A DNA stretch of 64,000 nt from Phormidesmis sp. (GTDB taxonomy: Bacteria > Cyanobacteriota > Cyanobacteriia > Leptolyngbyales > Leptolyngbyaceae). Shown here piece after piece: positions 10,967-19,573 of this stretch. Each line of letters opens with the position of its first letter. The stretch's first letter is position 1. A program made the position numbers and the translations under genes. The notes below the pieces were generated by a model. The model saw nothing but the letters and a program-made list of their open reading frames with translations. It did not search any database and was not told the DNA's origin. The stretch lies in NCBI GenBank assembly GCA_965248535.1, contig CBDFJR010000002.1, positions 2,144,001 through 2,208,000 of the forward strand. The letters are read 5' to 3'.

Positions 10967-11467
10967 ATGCAATATCTTCCGTGTGCCATTGCGCTTGGCA
11001 GCAATCTGGGAGACTCCCAGACTATTTTAAAGCTTGCCCTCGAAACCCTCGATCGCACACCGGGGATCAGCGTCGTGCAGCGATCGTCAGTCTACTCTAC
11101 CAAAGCGTTGATCTTGCCTGACAGTCTGCCTCAGCCTGACTATCTTAACCAGTGTGCACTACTGAAAACTACGCTCACTCCGCACGAATTATTACAGGCT
11201 CTTTTAGGGGTCGAGCTTCAGTTTGGCCGAGTCAGACAGCAGCGATGGAGTGCCCGCACTCTTGACTTAGACTTGCTCCTGTTTGATGATGTAATCCTAA
11301 ATACGTCTGATTTGCAAATTCCCCATCCGCGAATGCTCGATCGGGCTTTTGTTCTGGTTCCTCTAGCAGAAATTGCTTCTGACTGGGTAGAGCCTCAAAC
11401 GGGTGCCACGATCACTCAACTCACTCGACTCGTCGATCGCTCAGGGGTCAAACAGGCTATATCGTAG
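10967..11467 (+). CDS. folK: 2-amino-4-hydroxy-6-hydroxymethyldihydropteridine pyrophosphokinase
   Basis: IALGSNLG, RWSARTLDLDLL, IPHPRMLDRAFVLVPL. Confidence 0.95.
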   Translation: MQYLPCAIALGSNLGDSQTILKLALETLDRTPGISVVQRSSVYSTKALILPDSLPQPDYLNQCALLKTTLTPHELLQALLGVELQFGRVRQQRWSARTLDLDLLLFDDVILNTSDLQIPHPRMLDRAFVLVPLAEIASDWVEPQTGATITQLTRLVDRSGVKQAIS

Positions 11468-11497
11468 AAACTTTTTATCCTTTACCCTTATTTGCTC

Positions 11498-12046
11498 ATG
11501 GCTTTGGGTTCAGAACCGCCTCAGTTGCTCAAACAGCGCCTTTCCTATAAAGGGCGCAAGTTTAATTTTGAAGTCAATCGTCTGCGCTTGCCCAACAAGT
11601 CTGAAGGCGAATGGGAATGTATACGTCATCCCGGTGGGGCGCTAGCTGTGCCGATTACGCCCGATGGCAAGCTGGTGTTGACTCGACAATATCGCTTCAC
11701 CGTGCAGGGGCGACTGCTAGAGTTTCCGGCAGGGACGCTGGAGATTGGAGAAGATCCGGCAGGGACGATCGAGCGCGAGATTCAAGAAGAAGTGGGCTAT
11801 CGAGCGGGTGCCTTGAAAAAACTCGGTGAGTTCTTTTTGGCTCCGGGATATTCAGATGAGATTATTTATGCGTTTCTAGCTACGGATTTAGAGTTGCTAG
11901 AAAACCCTCCTCAGCAAGATGACGACGAGGATCTTGAAACCGTTTTGATGACTCCTGAAGAAGTAGAACAGGCGATCCATACAGGTGATCTCACCGATGC
12001 CAAGTCGATCTGTAGCTTTATGCTGGCGAAACCATTCTTAACTTGA
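11498..12046 (+). CDS. NUDIX hydrolase (ADP-ribose pyrophosphatase-like)
   Basis: Nudix box EFPAGTLEIGEDPAGTIEREIQEEVGY; APGYSDE; ATG at 11498. Confidence 0.9.
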   Translation: MALGSEPPQLLKQRLSYKGRKFNFEVNRLRLPNKSEGEWECIRHPGGALAVPITPDGKLVLTRQYRFTVQGRLLEFPAGTLEIGEDPAGTIEREIQEEVGYRAGALKKLGEFFLAPGYSDEIIYAFLATDLELLENPPQQDDDEDLETVLMTPEEVEQAIHTGDLTDAKSICSFMLAKPFLT

Positions 12047-12102
12047 GAGATAGTAGAGAGGTGGCAACCTGTTCGCTGCCTGTTCTCTATTGATCTAGTT
12101 TT

Positions 12103-13542
12103 ATGTCTGATCTAATTTTATTTGTGCACCGTCGAGATCTGCGAACGGCAGATAATGTGGGGCTAGCGATCGCGCGTCAACGATCGCCCAAAGTGGTTGG
12201 GGTTTTTTGTCTCGATCCCAGCATTCTGAGACGGGATGACATTGCCCCGGCGCGGGTGACCTATATGATCGGGAGTCTACGATCGCTTCAGCAGCGCTAT
12301 GCCCAAGCAGGAAGTCAACTGCTGATTCTCAACGCCGATCCCCGCGAGGCCGTTCCCAAGTTAGCAAGAGCACTGAATGCCAAAGCCGTTTTCTGGAATT
12401 GGGACGTTGAGCCATATTCTCAAGAGCGCGATCGGGCGATGATCTCTGCCCTCAACCAAGCCGGAATCGAGGTCAAAACGTCTTGGGATCAGTTAATGCA
12501 CTCTCCCGAAGAAATCAAATCGGGTTCGGGTTCGCCCTACACGGTTTATTCTCCGTTTTGGCGCAACTGGGTCAGCAAACCTAAAGCAGAGCCAATGCCG
12601 GACTTTGCCGGGGCAGAAGGATTGACCGACGCAGAAGCAGAAACTGCAAAATCTGCGGGTACGATCGCGCTTCCGACCGCCAAAGATTTGGGCTTTGTTT
12701 GGGACAATTCTTTAATGCTAGAACCGGGCGAACAAGCTGCCCAACAGCGATTAGACGAGTTTTGTCAATCGGCTATCAATGCTTATCAAGACCAGCGCAA
12801 CTTTCCGGCAAATCCGGGCACGTCGCGGCTGAGTGCGGCGCTTAAATTTGGGGTGATTGGCGTGCGATCGGTGTGGGCAGCCACTGTGACCGCCTTAGAG
12901 CAAAGCCGCAGTGATGAGACTCAAGCCAGCATCCAGACTTGGCGACAAGAGTTGGCGTGGCGAGAATTTTATCAACACGTCATGTATTTTTTCCCAGAGT
13001 TGGCAGAAGGGGCTTATCGCAAAGTTCTCAAGACTTTTCCGTGGGAGAACAATGAGGATTATTTTCAGGCGTGGTGTGAAGGGAAAACGGGCTACCCGAT
13101 CGTCGATGCTGCCATGCGCCAAATGAACGAAGCCGCTTGGATGCACAATCGTTGTCGGATGATTGTCGCCAGTTTTTTAACCAAAGACCTGATCGTGGAT
13201 TTTCGGTTAGGCGAGAAATATTTTATGCAGAAACTCTACGATGGCGATCTGTCTGCTAATAACGGCGGCTGGCAGTGGAGCGCATCCAGCGGCATGGATC
13301 CTAAACCATTACGGATTTTCAACCCTGCGAGTCAGGCTAAAAAATTCGACGCGGACGCAGACTACATTCGCCAATGGTTGCCAGAGTTACGCGGCGTTGA
13401 GACCAAAGATTTGATTACGGGAGAGATTTCTCAATACGATCGCGATCGCTGTGGTTATCCGGCTGCGATCGTTGATCACAATCAACAACAGCGCAAATTT
13501 AAAGAACACTATCAACAGCAAAAGGCAGATCTGGTTGAGTAA
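12103..13542 (+). CDS. phrA: class I CPD photolyase (deoxyribodipyrimidine photo-lyase)
   Basis: HRRDLRTADN, TSRLSAALKFG, ELAWREFY, GKTGYPIVDAAMRQ, WMHNRCRMIVASFL, NNGGWQW. Confidence 0.93.
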   Translation: MSDLILFVHRRDLRTADNVGLAIARQRSPKVVGVFCLDPSILRRDDIAPARVTYMIGSLRSLQQRYAQAGSQLLILNADPREAVPKLARALNAKAVFWNWDVEPYSQERDRAMISALNQAGIEVKTSWDQLMHSPEEIKSGSGSPYTVYSPFWRNWVSKPKAEPMPDFAGAEGLTDAEAETAKSAGTIALPTAKDLGFVWDNSLMLEPGEQAAQQRLDEFCQSAINAYQDQRNFPANPGTSRLSAALKFGVIGVRSVWAATVTALEQSRSDETQASIQTWRQELAWREFYQHVMYFFPELAEGAYRKVLKTFPWENNEDYFQAWCEGKTGYPIVDAAMRQMNEAAWMHNRCRMIVASFLTKDLIVDFRLGEKYFMQKLYDGDLSANNGGWQWSASSGMDPKPLRIFNPASQAKKFDADADYIRQWLPELRGVETKDLITGEISQYDRDRCGYPAAIVDHNQQQRKFKEHYQQQKADLVE

Positions 13543-13550
13543 AAAATTGG

Positions 13551-15464
13551 TTAACCAAGCTGCTCGATCGCTTGCTGAAACGCTTTTGAAATCACACCTT
13601 CTGGCATGGCTTTGATGACTTCTTGCCCTTGCTGGATTAAAAACTGCCTAAAAAACCAATCCTTTTCAGCCTCTGCTAACAGCACTTGCTGAACCAATTC
13701 AGTTTGAGTATCAGGGGTGGTGGCAATCTGCTGGCTAGCGAAGTGATTTAAGAGATTTTCGGCGGCGGTTGCAGGTTGGTCATTGCCTGGATGCGTTACC
13801 AACTGGCGTACTTGACTTGCCGCTTCATCGTAGTTAATCTTCCCTGATCCTGCGAGGTTGGCGATCGTGCTTCCAGAAATCACAAAGCTATTACCAAACG
13901 GTTTTTTACTATAGTTTTCGCTGGCGGCGGCAAGGCTGCGGGTGATTCCCATCAGTTGTGAGATCTGCTGATCTTTGGCGGCAAGCTGTTCTTCTAAAAC
14001 GCCGTAGCTTCTCATTAAGTGTTGCTCAACTTCTTGCCTAGAAGCGCCTTCGCGATGGGTCACTTTCACAATCCACAAGTCGCCGCGCCGCTCAATGCCC
14101 TTTAGCTGCAAGTCGAGACCATCATCCTCTAATTCCACATTCTGAAAGGCAAAGCTGAGGGCACGCAGATTTACGCCATCTTTGAACACTAACTCAACGG
14201 CATTTTTGACTTTTTGAAACAGGTTCTCAAATTCACCGGGTTCAAAGTTGCGGTCGACGGGGTAGCGATCGCTGGGTTTGTCATGCTCATATTCTCGATA
14301 AACGTAGTCACACTGAACGTTTGTAAAACACGTCTCGCCGTTGGTGCTCCAGTCTTTGATGCAAACTCCGGTGAGATTGGCTTCGCTAAAATTTACACCC
14401 GTAACCTGCGATCGTAGTAAAATAGCGTCACGCAAGTCTGTTCCTCTTAAGTCCGCTCCATCTAGATTGGCTTCTGCCAGATTCAGTCTTTGCATCTGAG
14501 CAGATTTTAGATTTGCTCCTCGCAAGTTTGTGCGGCTAAAATCCTGTTCGTCGCTATATCCATGCGTCAATAGTTCCTGAACTTTAGGATGGTTGAGATC
14601 CAGGTATCGGTTATCGACTCTGGCACGTTCCAGTCCGGTGACACCGTTTAAGCAGGTTCGATAGAGCCGCCGTGCCCGAAAATCACAGTTAGCTAAGTGA
14701 GAATTTGAAAAGTCAATTTCGCTTAAATCTAAGTTGTAAAAGGAGGTGCCACCCCAAGAGGCAAGGGCGATCGACCAAGATTTTAAGAATTGAAGATCTC
14801 GCGCTAATTTTTGATTTGCCTTTGTAATTACGTTGCTGGCTCTAAGCAGGCAATAGCTTGTTAGAAATCCAGCTAGAATTTTCAGAACTGGAAAGTAGGG
14901 GGTGTCTCTAGGCGTACTGCCCATATAAGAGTAGGCAACCGCAGTTGATATTGAGATTGTTAAGATTAGATAAATCGTCCCGAAATGTCTTCTATTTGAC
15001 AGCGTAGAAATGAGTGACAGAGATAACCCATTAGCAACTAGGCTGAGAGAGACGACTGCTAAAGCGACGATCGCAAGCAGCAAAATTGCCCCAATCAGTT
15101 CTGTCGTTCTAAATGTTAAAACTGATGAAACTAACATCAATAAGATAAAGGAACTTGTCTTCCACAGACTGCTGCCTAAACCACGAAAAATTATTTCTGC
15201 AACCCAAATGCTGATGATGGAAACAACTACTAAAACGAGAAAGACTGATTGGTTAAAGCCTAAGATAGTACGACTGATCGTGACCGCAAAGGTACTGCCT
15301 AAAAAACCCAGAAGGCAGCCAGTTGAAATAGCAATCAGTACCACTAAGGTCACTAGCAATAATCTAAAGATTGCAGGCTGACCAAACTTAACAGATTGAA
15401 AGTTAGACTTTAGGGCGATTTGTGTGAAGCGTCTGCCAAGAATTGCCTCTGAGTTATTGTTCAC
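13551..15464 (-). CDS. multi-TM pentapeptide-repeat protein with C-terminal G/S/N-rich motif and helical tail
   Basis: About 6 N-terminal TM helices; GGTSFYNLDLS...; pentapeptide repeats (TNLRG ANLKS...ANLDG ADLRG TDLRD); CDYVY; NSFVISGSTIANLAGSGKINY near the C-terminus; start uncertain. Confidence 0.8.
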   Translation of the reverse strand: MNNNSEAILGRRFTQIALKSNFQSVKFGQPAIFRLLLVTLVVLIAISTGCLLGFLGSTFAVTISRTILGFNQSVFLVLVVVSIISIWVAEIIFRGLGSSLWKTSSFILLMLVSSVLTFRTTELIGAILLLAIVALAVVSLSLVANGLSLSLISTLSNRRHFGTIYLILTISISTAVAYSYMGSTPRDTPYFPVLKILAGFLTSYCLLRASNVITKANQKLARDLQFLKSWSIALASWGGTSFYNLDLSEIDFSNSHLANCDFRARRLYRTCLNGVTGLERARVDNRYLDLNHPKVQELLTHGYSDEQDFSRTNLRGANLKSAQMQRLNLAEANLDGADLRGTDLRDAILLRSQVTGVNFSEANLTGVCIKDWSTNGETCFTNVQCDYVYREYEHDKPSDRYPVDRNFEPGEFENLFQKVKNAVELVFKDGVNLRALSFAFQNVELEDDGLDLQLKGIERRGDLWIVKVTHREGASRQEVEQHLMRSYGVLEEQLAAKDQQISQLMGITRSLAAASENYSKKPFGNSFVISGSTIANLAGSGKINYDEAASQVRQLVTHPGNDQPATAAENLLNHFASQQIATTPDTQTELVQQVLLAEAEKDWFFRQFLIQQGQEVIKAMPEGVISKAFQQAIEQLG

Positions 15465-15493
15465 CGTAGGTTGAAAGTTATGGGGATTAACTA

Positions 15494-17401
15494 ATGGTTT
15501 CTTACAGAATACTAAAAAATAGCATACTGGGTGGAGCTGACTTTTGCAGCGTAGCGGAGGGTGGAGTCAGAGTAGTTTGCGAAAGTAACTATCCGACTGG
15601 TGAGATTAGAGACATTGAGTTGAGCGATCCGATCGGAGGTCAAGAGTTAGCAGATATTCTGAATGCTCGATCGCTGGAATCGATCAAACAAGCATCAAAA
15701 TTAGTTTACGGTGAATCTGACTTTCTGCCCTTTGCTTTTTTAGGTCATGGACTGAGAGCGGGTGCGGCAGTTTGTCGATTGGTTCGTCACTACTCGGATG
15801 ATGGAATAGACAAACTTATTGAGATGATTCAAGAGGTAAACTATAGCAAACTTGAAATTCGTGAGCTGCTGAAAACTTCAAAGATAGAGATTTTAGATGA
15901 TTTTTGGGGAACTTATGAGCAAGTATCCGATGCGTTAAAAGCAGATCAAACGATTAGAGAACAACTCAAAGAACGGTTTAAGAAAGCAATGCCGATCGCG
16001 TATGGAACAGGTTTTTTAGTCGGTCGAAATCACCTATTAACTAATCATCATGTTTTAAGCGATCCAAGTGCGGTAGGAGAGTTTACAGCACAGTTTTGCT
16101 ATGAACAAAACTCTTCGGATGAAGAGACTTTACCCTTTGAATATAAGCTCGACGCAAGTGTTTTTAAGACTGACTCAGACTTAGACTACACCTTAGTTGG
16201 CGTTCGACCCCTCAATTCTGAGACCGTCTCTAAAGACGGCATGAAATACTATCGTGATGAATCAGGTAAAAACTATTTAACCTTTCGTGAAGCAGGCAAT
16301 AATTTTGGGTGGCTACAGATGTCTGATGATTACAAAATTATCGCGCCCCCTGTATGCAAAGACGAGGTGATGTCTGAGGCTATTGGCGATTTTGCCTTAT
16401 TTAAGGAGACAATCAACCCAGAAATTCTTCAGAAGAAACTTGAAATTTCTGATTTGCTAGGAGAACCCCTCAACATCATTCAGCACCCCAAAGGACGAGA
16501 GAAAGAAATTGTTATCTACAACAATAGGGTGCAAAAAATATACCCACAATTCATTCAATATGAAACCGATGCGGAGCCTGGTTCATCAGGCAGTCCACTT
16601 TTTAATTCACAATGGCAATTAGTTGGGCTACATCACTCGGCTTTAGTTGAAGAGTTAGGAAAAGTAGCGGGTTATTTGGGCACTCGAATTCATCACATTG
16701 TTAAAGATTTGCAAAAGAGCAACGATGCAAAAACGAAAGAATTTATAGATCGGTTTGTGACAAATCCTCGAAAAGGAACTATCTATCTTCTGGCGGGCTT
16801 GAAGAGAGACGGAGTGGTCGAAAGTCCAGTTCTTGAAGCTGACCAAATGACAATTTTAGGTAATCGCATTAATAAGCTATTCAGTGGAGAATTCTCTAAA
16901 CATGGATTTGAACTTCAGCTAGTTCCTGAAGAATTTCGGCAGAATGAAGATCGAGCGATCGAGTGGATCAATCAGCAAGATTACAATGTTGGCGATGTTG
17001 CCCTCGAAATCGTGACCGACTCTATCCCTGAAAATCAAACCGTGCGAGGATCGGCGGCTTATTATTTCAAAGACAGTTTAGAACGTAAATCTCATGCTGA
17101 ACTGCTGCTGCAATCGTTGCTAAAAAGAGTTCCAGATCTGCCCGATCGCGGCACAAAATCTGATAGGGCCACCAAAGGTAGAAGATTGCCCTTCTGTCGT
17201 GATATTTTTATGCCATCACTGGTGCTGTATGTCGGATTTTTGACTAATTCGGAAGATGTGAATGTGATTAAAACTCAATCAGAAAACATTGCCCAAGGCA
17301 TTTCTGAAGGGCTGGTTCTTTGGGCTAAAAGCGTTAGTCCTCTTAATTCTGAGATTGCCCTATTTCGACCCACTTATCTACCTAGAATTGTCGAAGCATA
17401 A
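15494..17401 (+). CDS. trypsin-like serine protease fused to an Amidase_3-like (N-acetylmuramoyl-L-alanine amidase-like) domain
   Basis: GTGFLV, LLTNHHV (His), LDYTLV (Asp), IIQHPKG, EPGSSGSP (Ser); C-terminal TIYLLAG...ALEIVTDS...LPDRGTKSD...SLVLYVGFLTNSED resembles Amidase_3. Confidence 0.8.
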   Translation: MVSYRILKNSILGGADFCSVAEGGVRVVCESNYPTGEIRDIELSDPIGGQELADILNARSLESIKQASKLVYGESDFLPFAFLGHGLRAGAAVCRLVRHYSDDGIDKLIEMIQEVNYSKLEIRELLKTSKIEILDDFWGTYEQVSDALKADQTIREQLKERFKKAMPIAYGTGFLVGRNHLLTNHHVLSDPSAVGEFTAQFCYEQNSSDEETLPFEYKLDASVFKTDSDLDYTLVGVRPLNSETVSKDGMKYYRDESGKNYLTFREAGNNFGWLQMSDDYKIIAPPVCKDEVMSEAIGDFALFKETINPEILQKKLEISDLLGEPLNIIQHPKGREKEIVIYNNRVQKIYPQFIQYETDAEPGSSGSPLFNSQWQLVGLHHSALVEELGKVAGYLGTRIHHIVKDLQKSNDAKTKEFIDRFVTNPRKGTIYLLAGLKRDGVVESPVLEADQMTILGNRINKLFSGEFSKHGFELQLVPEEFRQNEDRAIEWINQQDYNVGDVALEIVTDSIPENQTVRGSAAYYFKDSLERKSHAELLLQSLLKRVPDLPDRGTKSDRATKGRRLPFCRDIFMPSLVLYVGFLTNSEDVNVIKTQSENIAQGISEGLVLWAKSVSPLNSEIALFRPTYLPRIVEA

Positions 17402-17416
17402 GCTTTAGAAAGGAGA

Positions 17417-18109
17417 TTACTTGGTGAGTAGAACGGGCGTTAAAAACTCTTCAATTCCTGCCATACGAATTGCAGCACACCCAAATTTGTAAGCTCTCTC
17501 AACCGATTCACCCGCCACGATCGCATCATAAAACCCCACCGAAAACTCGATCGCGGCTTTGTCTCCGATCGCTTGATTCATCCCAATCACATAAGGGATA
17601 TGTTGAGCGATCGCCGTTGCCTGAGTTTCTGAATAACAAGCATTAAGCAAAACGCAGGTGATCTGATCAGCAAACAATTCAAATAAATCTGCTAGTGCTT
17701 CGGCACTGACCAACGTCACTTCACCGATCTCATTTTCTAGAGCCAGTCCCTCAGCTCCGACTCCATGTCCACAAAAATGGACAAACTGAGGCTTGCAGTC
17801 TGATAAAGCGCGACGCACATCTCTAGGACGAACTGCCCATTTTTGTTCCAAGAGCAAGCGATCGTTCTGACCATTTCGCTGCAACCCAGCCTCAATTTCT
17901 CGCACCTCTTCACCCAGTCGTAGCTGTGAGGTGCCTTTAGGGTTTGCTGCCAAAATCAAAATCGTCGATCGTTGCGTCTGACTCTCTGCTGATTGATCGG
18001 GTGATGGAGAGTCGGTGAGATTGGGGTTAGAAACTTCTTGGTAATGAATATCGCCAGATCCAGCTAGATTCGTAATGTTGCTTCCCGATATGTTGAATGA
18101 ATTATTCAT
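17417..18109 (-). CDS. CHAT (caspase-HetF-associated) domain protease with short N-terminal motif
   Basis: ILILAANPKGTSQLRLGEEVREIE, VHFCGHG (His), VLLNACYS (Cys), IPYVIGM, AAIEFSVGFYDA. Confidence 0.88.
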   Translation of the reverse strand: MNNSFNISGSNITNLAGSGDIHYQEVSNPNLTDSPSPDQSAESQTQRSTILILAANPKGTSQLRLGEEVREIEAGLQRNGQNDRLLLEQKWAVRPRDVRRALSDCKPQFVHFCGHGVGAEGLALENEIGEVTLVSAEALADLFELFADQITCVLLNACYSETQATAIAQHIPYVIGMNQAIGDKAAIEFSVGFYDAIVAGESVERAYKFGCAAIRMAGIEEFLTPVLLTK

Positions 18110-18136
18110 GAGTTGCGGTTGTAGTAAGAGTTATTT

Positions 18137-18781
18137 CTAGACAAGATTGGGATCGATGCCGAGCGATCGTAGTCTTTCAGCTAACTGCTCTGCCCGTTCT
18201 TGGGGAGTAGGAACAAGCCGTCCATCAGCCGTAAAATAGCGAAGTTGCTCATTCTCAACGCCCAAATAAAGCTCTAGTTCCTCACTCCAACGCCAACCGT
18301 TAGAATTTGTTTCGATCGGTTGATATTGAGTTCCGGTGAAGCGAAACCCCTCAAACTCTAGTGTGTCTGGGGAAAACCAGAAATATTCTGGAGTCCGAAA
18401 GCGGTCTTGATAAAGCGTTTTCTTAAGGGTGCGGTCTATCTCGGCGGTCGAAGTTGAGAGTAGTTCAATAATCAGATTTGGATATTTGCCATCTTCTTCC
18501 CATGTCACCCAGGCGTTGCGAGGTCGCCGATCGGTTTGCTTGATTAAAAAGAAATCAGGCCCGCGAAAGTCCCGGTTTCGCAGTTGTTGACGACTGAAAT
18601 AAACAGTCAGATTTGCCCCAATAAAGAAATCGTCGCGGGTGCTCCACAAAAATTCGAGACAGGCGACCAAGAGTGCCAGTTGGGTGTAGTGTAATGAACT
18701 TTCCATTTCTGGCTCATCGCTCAAAAGTTTAGTGGCATCGGGCATTATGGCTTCTAGCTGTTGCGCGGTTATGCCTGTCAT
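18137..18781 (-). CDS. Uma2 family (PD-D/ExK-like) endonuclease
   Basis: SDEPEMESSLHY, FRGPDFF, PNLIIELLS, YQDRFRTPEYFWF, ERAEQLAERLRSLGIDP; likely ATG at 18781. Confidence 0.9.
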   Translation of the reverse strand: MTGITAQQLEAIMPDATKLLSDEPEMESSLHYTQLALLVACLEFLWSTRDDFFIGANLTVYFSRQQLRNRDFRGPDFFLIKQTDRRPRNAWVTWEEDGKYPNLIIELLSTSTAEIDRTLKKTLYQDRFRTPEYFWFSPDTLEFEGFRFTGTQYQPIETNSNGWRWSEELELYLGVENEQLRYFTADGRLVPTPQERAEQLAERLRSLGIDPNLV

Positions 18782-19000
18782 GTTCATGGAGTTGCCTGGC
18801 GCGTTTAGTCTTATTATCCGCGATCGGTCGTAGATTACTTCAAAACTGCCGTGTGTGGTCAACAGGTAGAGACGGTTCCAAAAGCTACCATCTCCTGATT
18901 AAGAATTAATAAAAAATCCTGCTCTTGCTTTTAGGAGAGCGACTAAAGTAATAGCGAACTATCTCACGCACTGTTATTAATTGAAAAAAGGTGAATATAT

Positions 19001-19573
19001 ATGGTAGGTCAACTAGTCCCAATCGATCTAGACAAACCTTTTGCAGAACAGCAGTCAGTTAAGGAACTATTGAAGCTGCCCGAAGATAAAACTAAAAAGC
19101 TTGGATTTGATCAACTGCTAGAAATTGCAAAAGTGGCAGTCAGGAGCGAATTGGTCTCTTGTGGTTGTTCTGAAAATGCGCTAACTGGGCTGAGATTAGA
19201 ATATTTATCTCAAGCAGGAGCTGATCAACCAGAAGAAAAATACGTGCTTGAGTGGACAAAGCTCAATCAAAGCAACTCATCGATAGAGGCAGCTTCTACT
19301 GAAGAACCTCCACAACTGTCTGATAGCTTTCACACAAGACTTTTTAACAGGTTAGATGCTGAATTACCTAAAGGAGGAAACCTAACAGCAAATCGTATCA
19401 AATTCAGAGGAGCTGAAGATAGTAGTGGTATGACTTGCTGTGGCCCAGAGCCTGATACAAAGAGCTATTATAAAATAATAGATAATAATGGAGATGAAAA
19501 GTATGTTCTGAAAGATGGACAGAAATGGGAGTGCGGAAATGTAGAGTCAGGCAATCGCGATGTTATTATTTGA
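19001..19573 (+). CDS. hypothetical protein
   Basis: 190-aa ORF, AAGGTG SD before the ATG, AT-rich; overlaps the end of the convergent gene by 8 bp. Confidence 0.6.
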   Translation: MVGQLVPIDLDKPFAEQQSVKELLKLPEDKTKKLGFDQLLEIAKVAVRSELVSCGCSENALTGLRLEYLSQAGADQPEEKYVLEWTKLNQSNSSIEAASTEEPPQLSDSFHTRLFNRLDAELPKGGNLTANRIKFRGAEDSSGMTCCGPEPDTKSYYKIIDNNGDEKYVLKDGQKWECGNVESGNRDVII

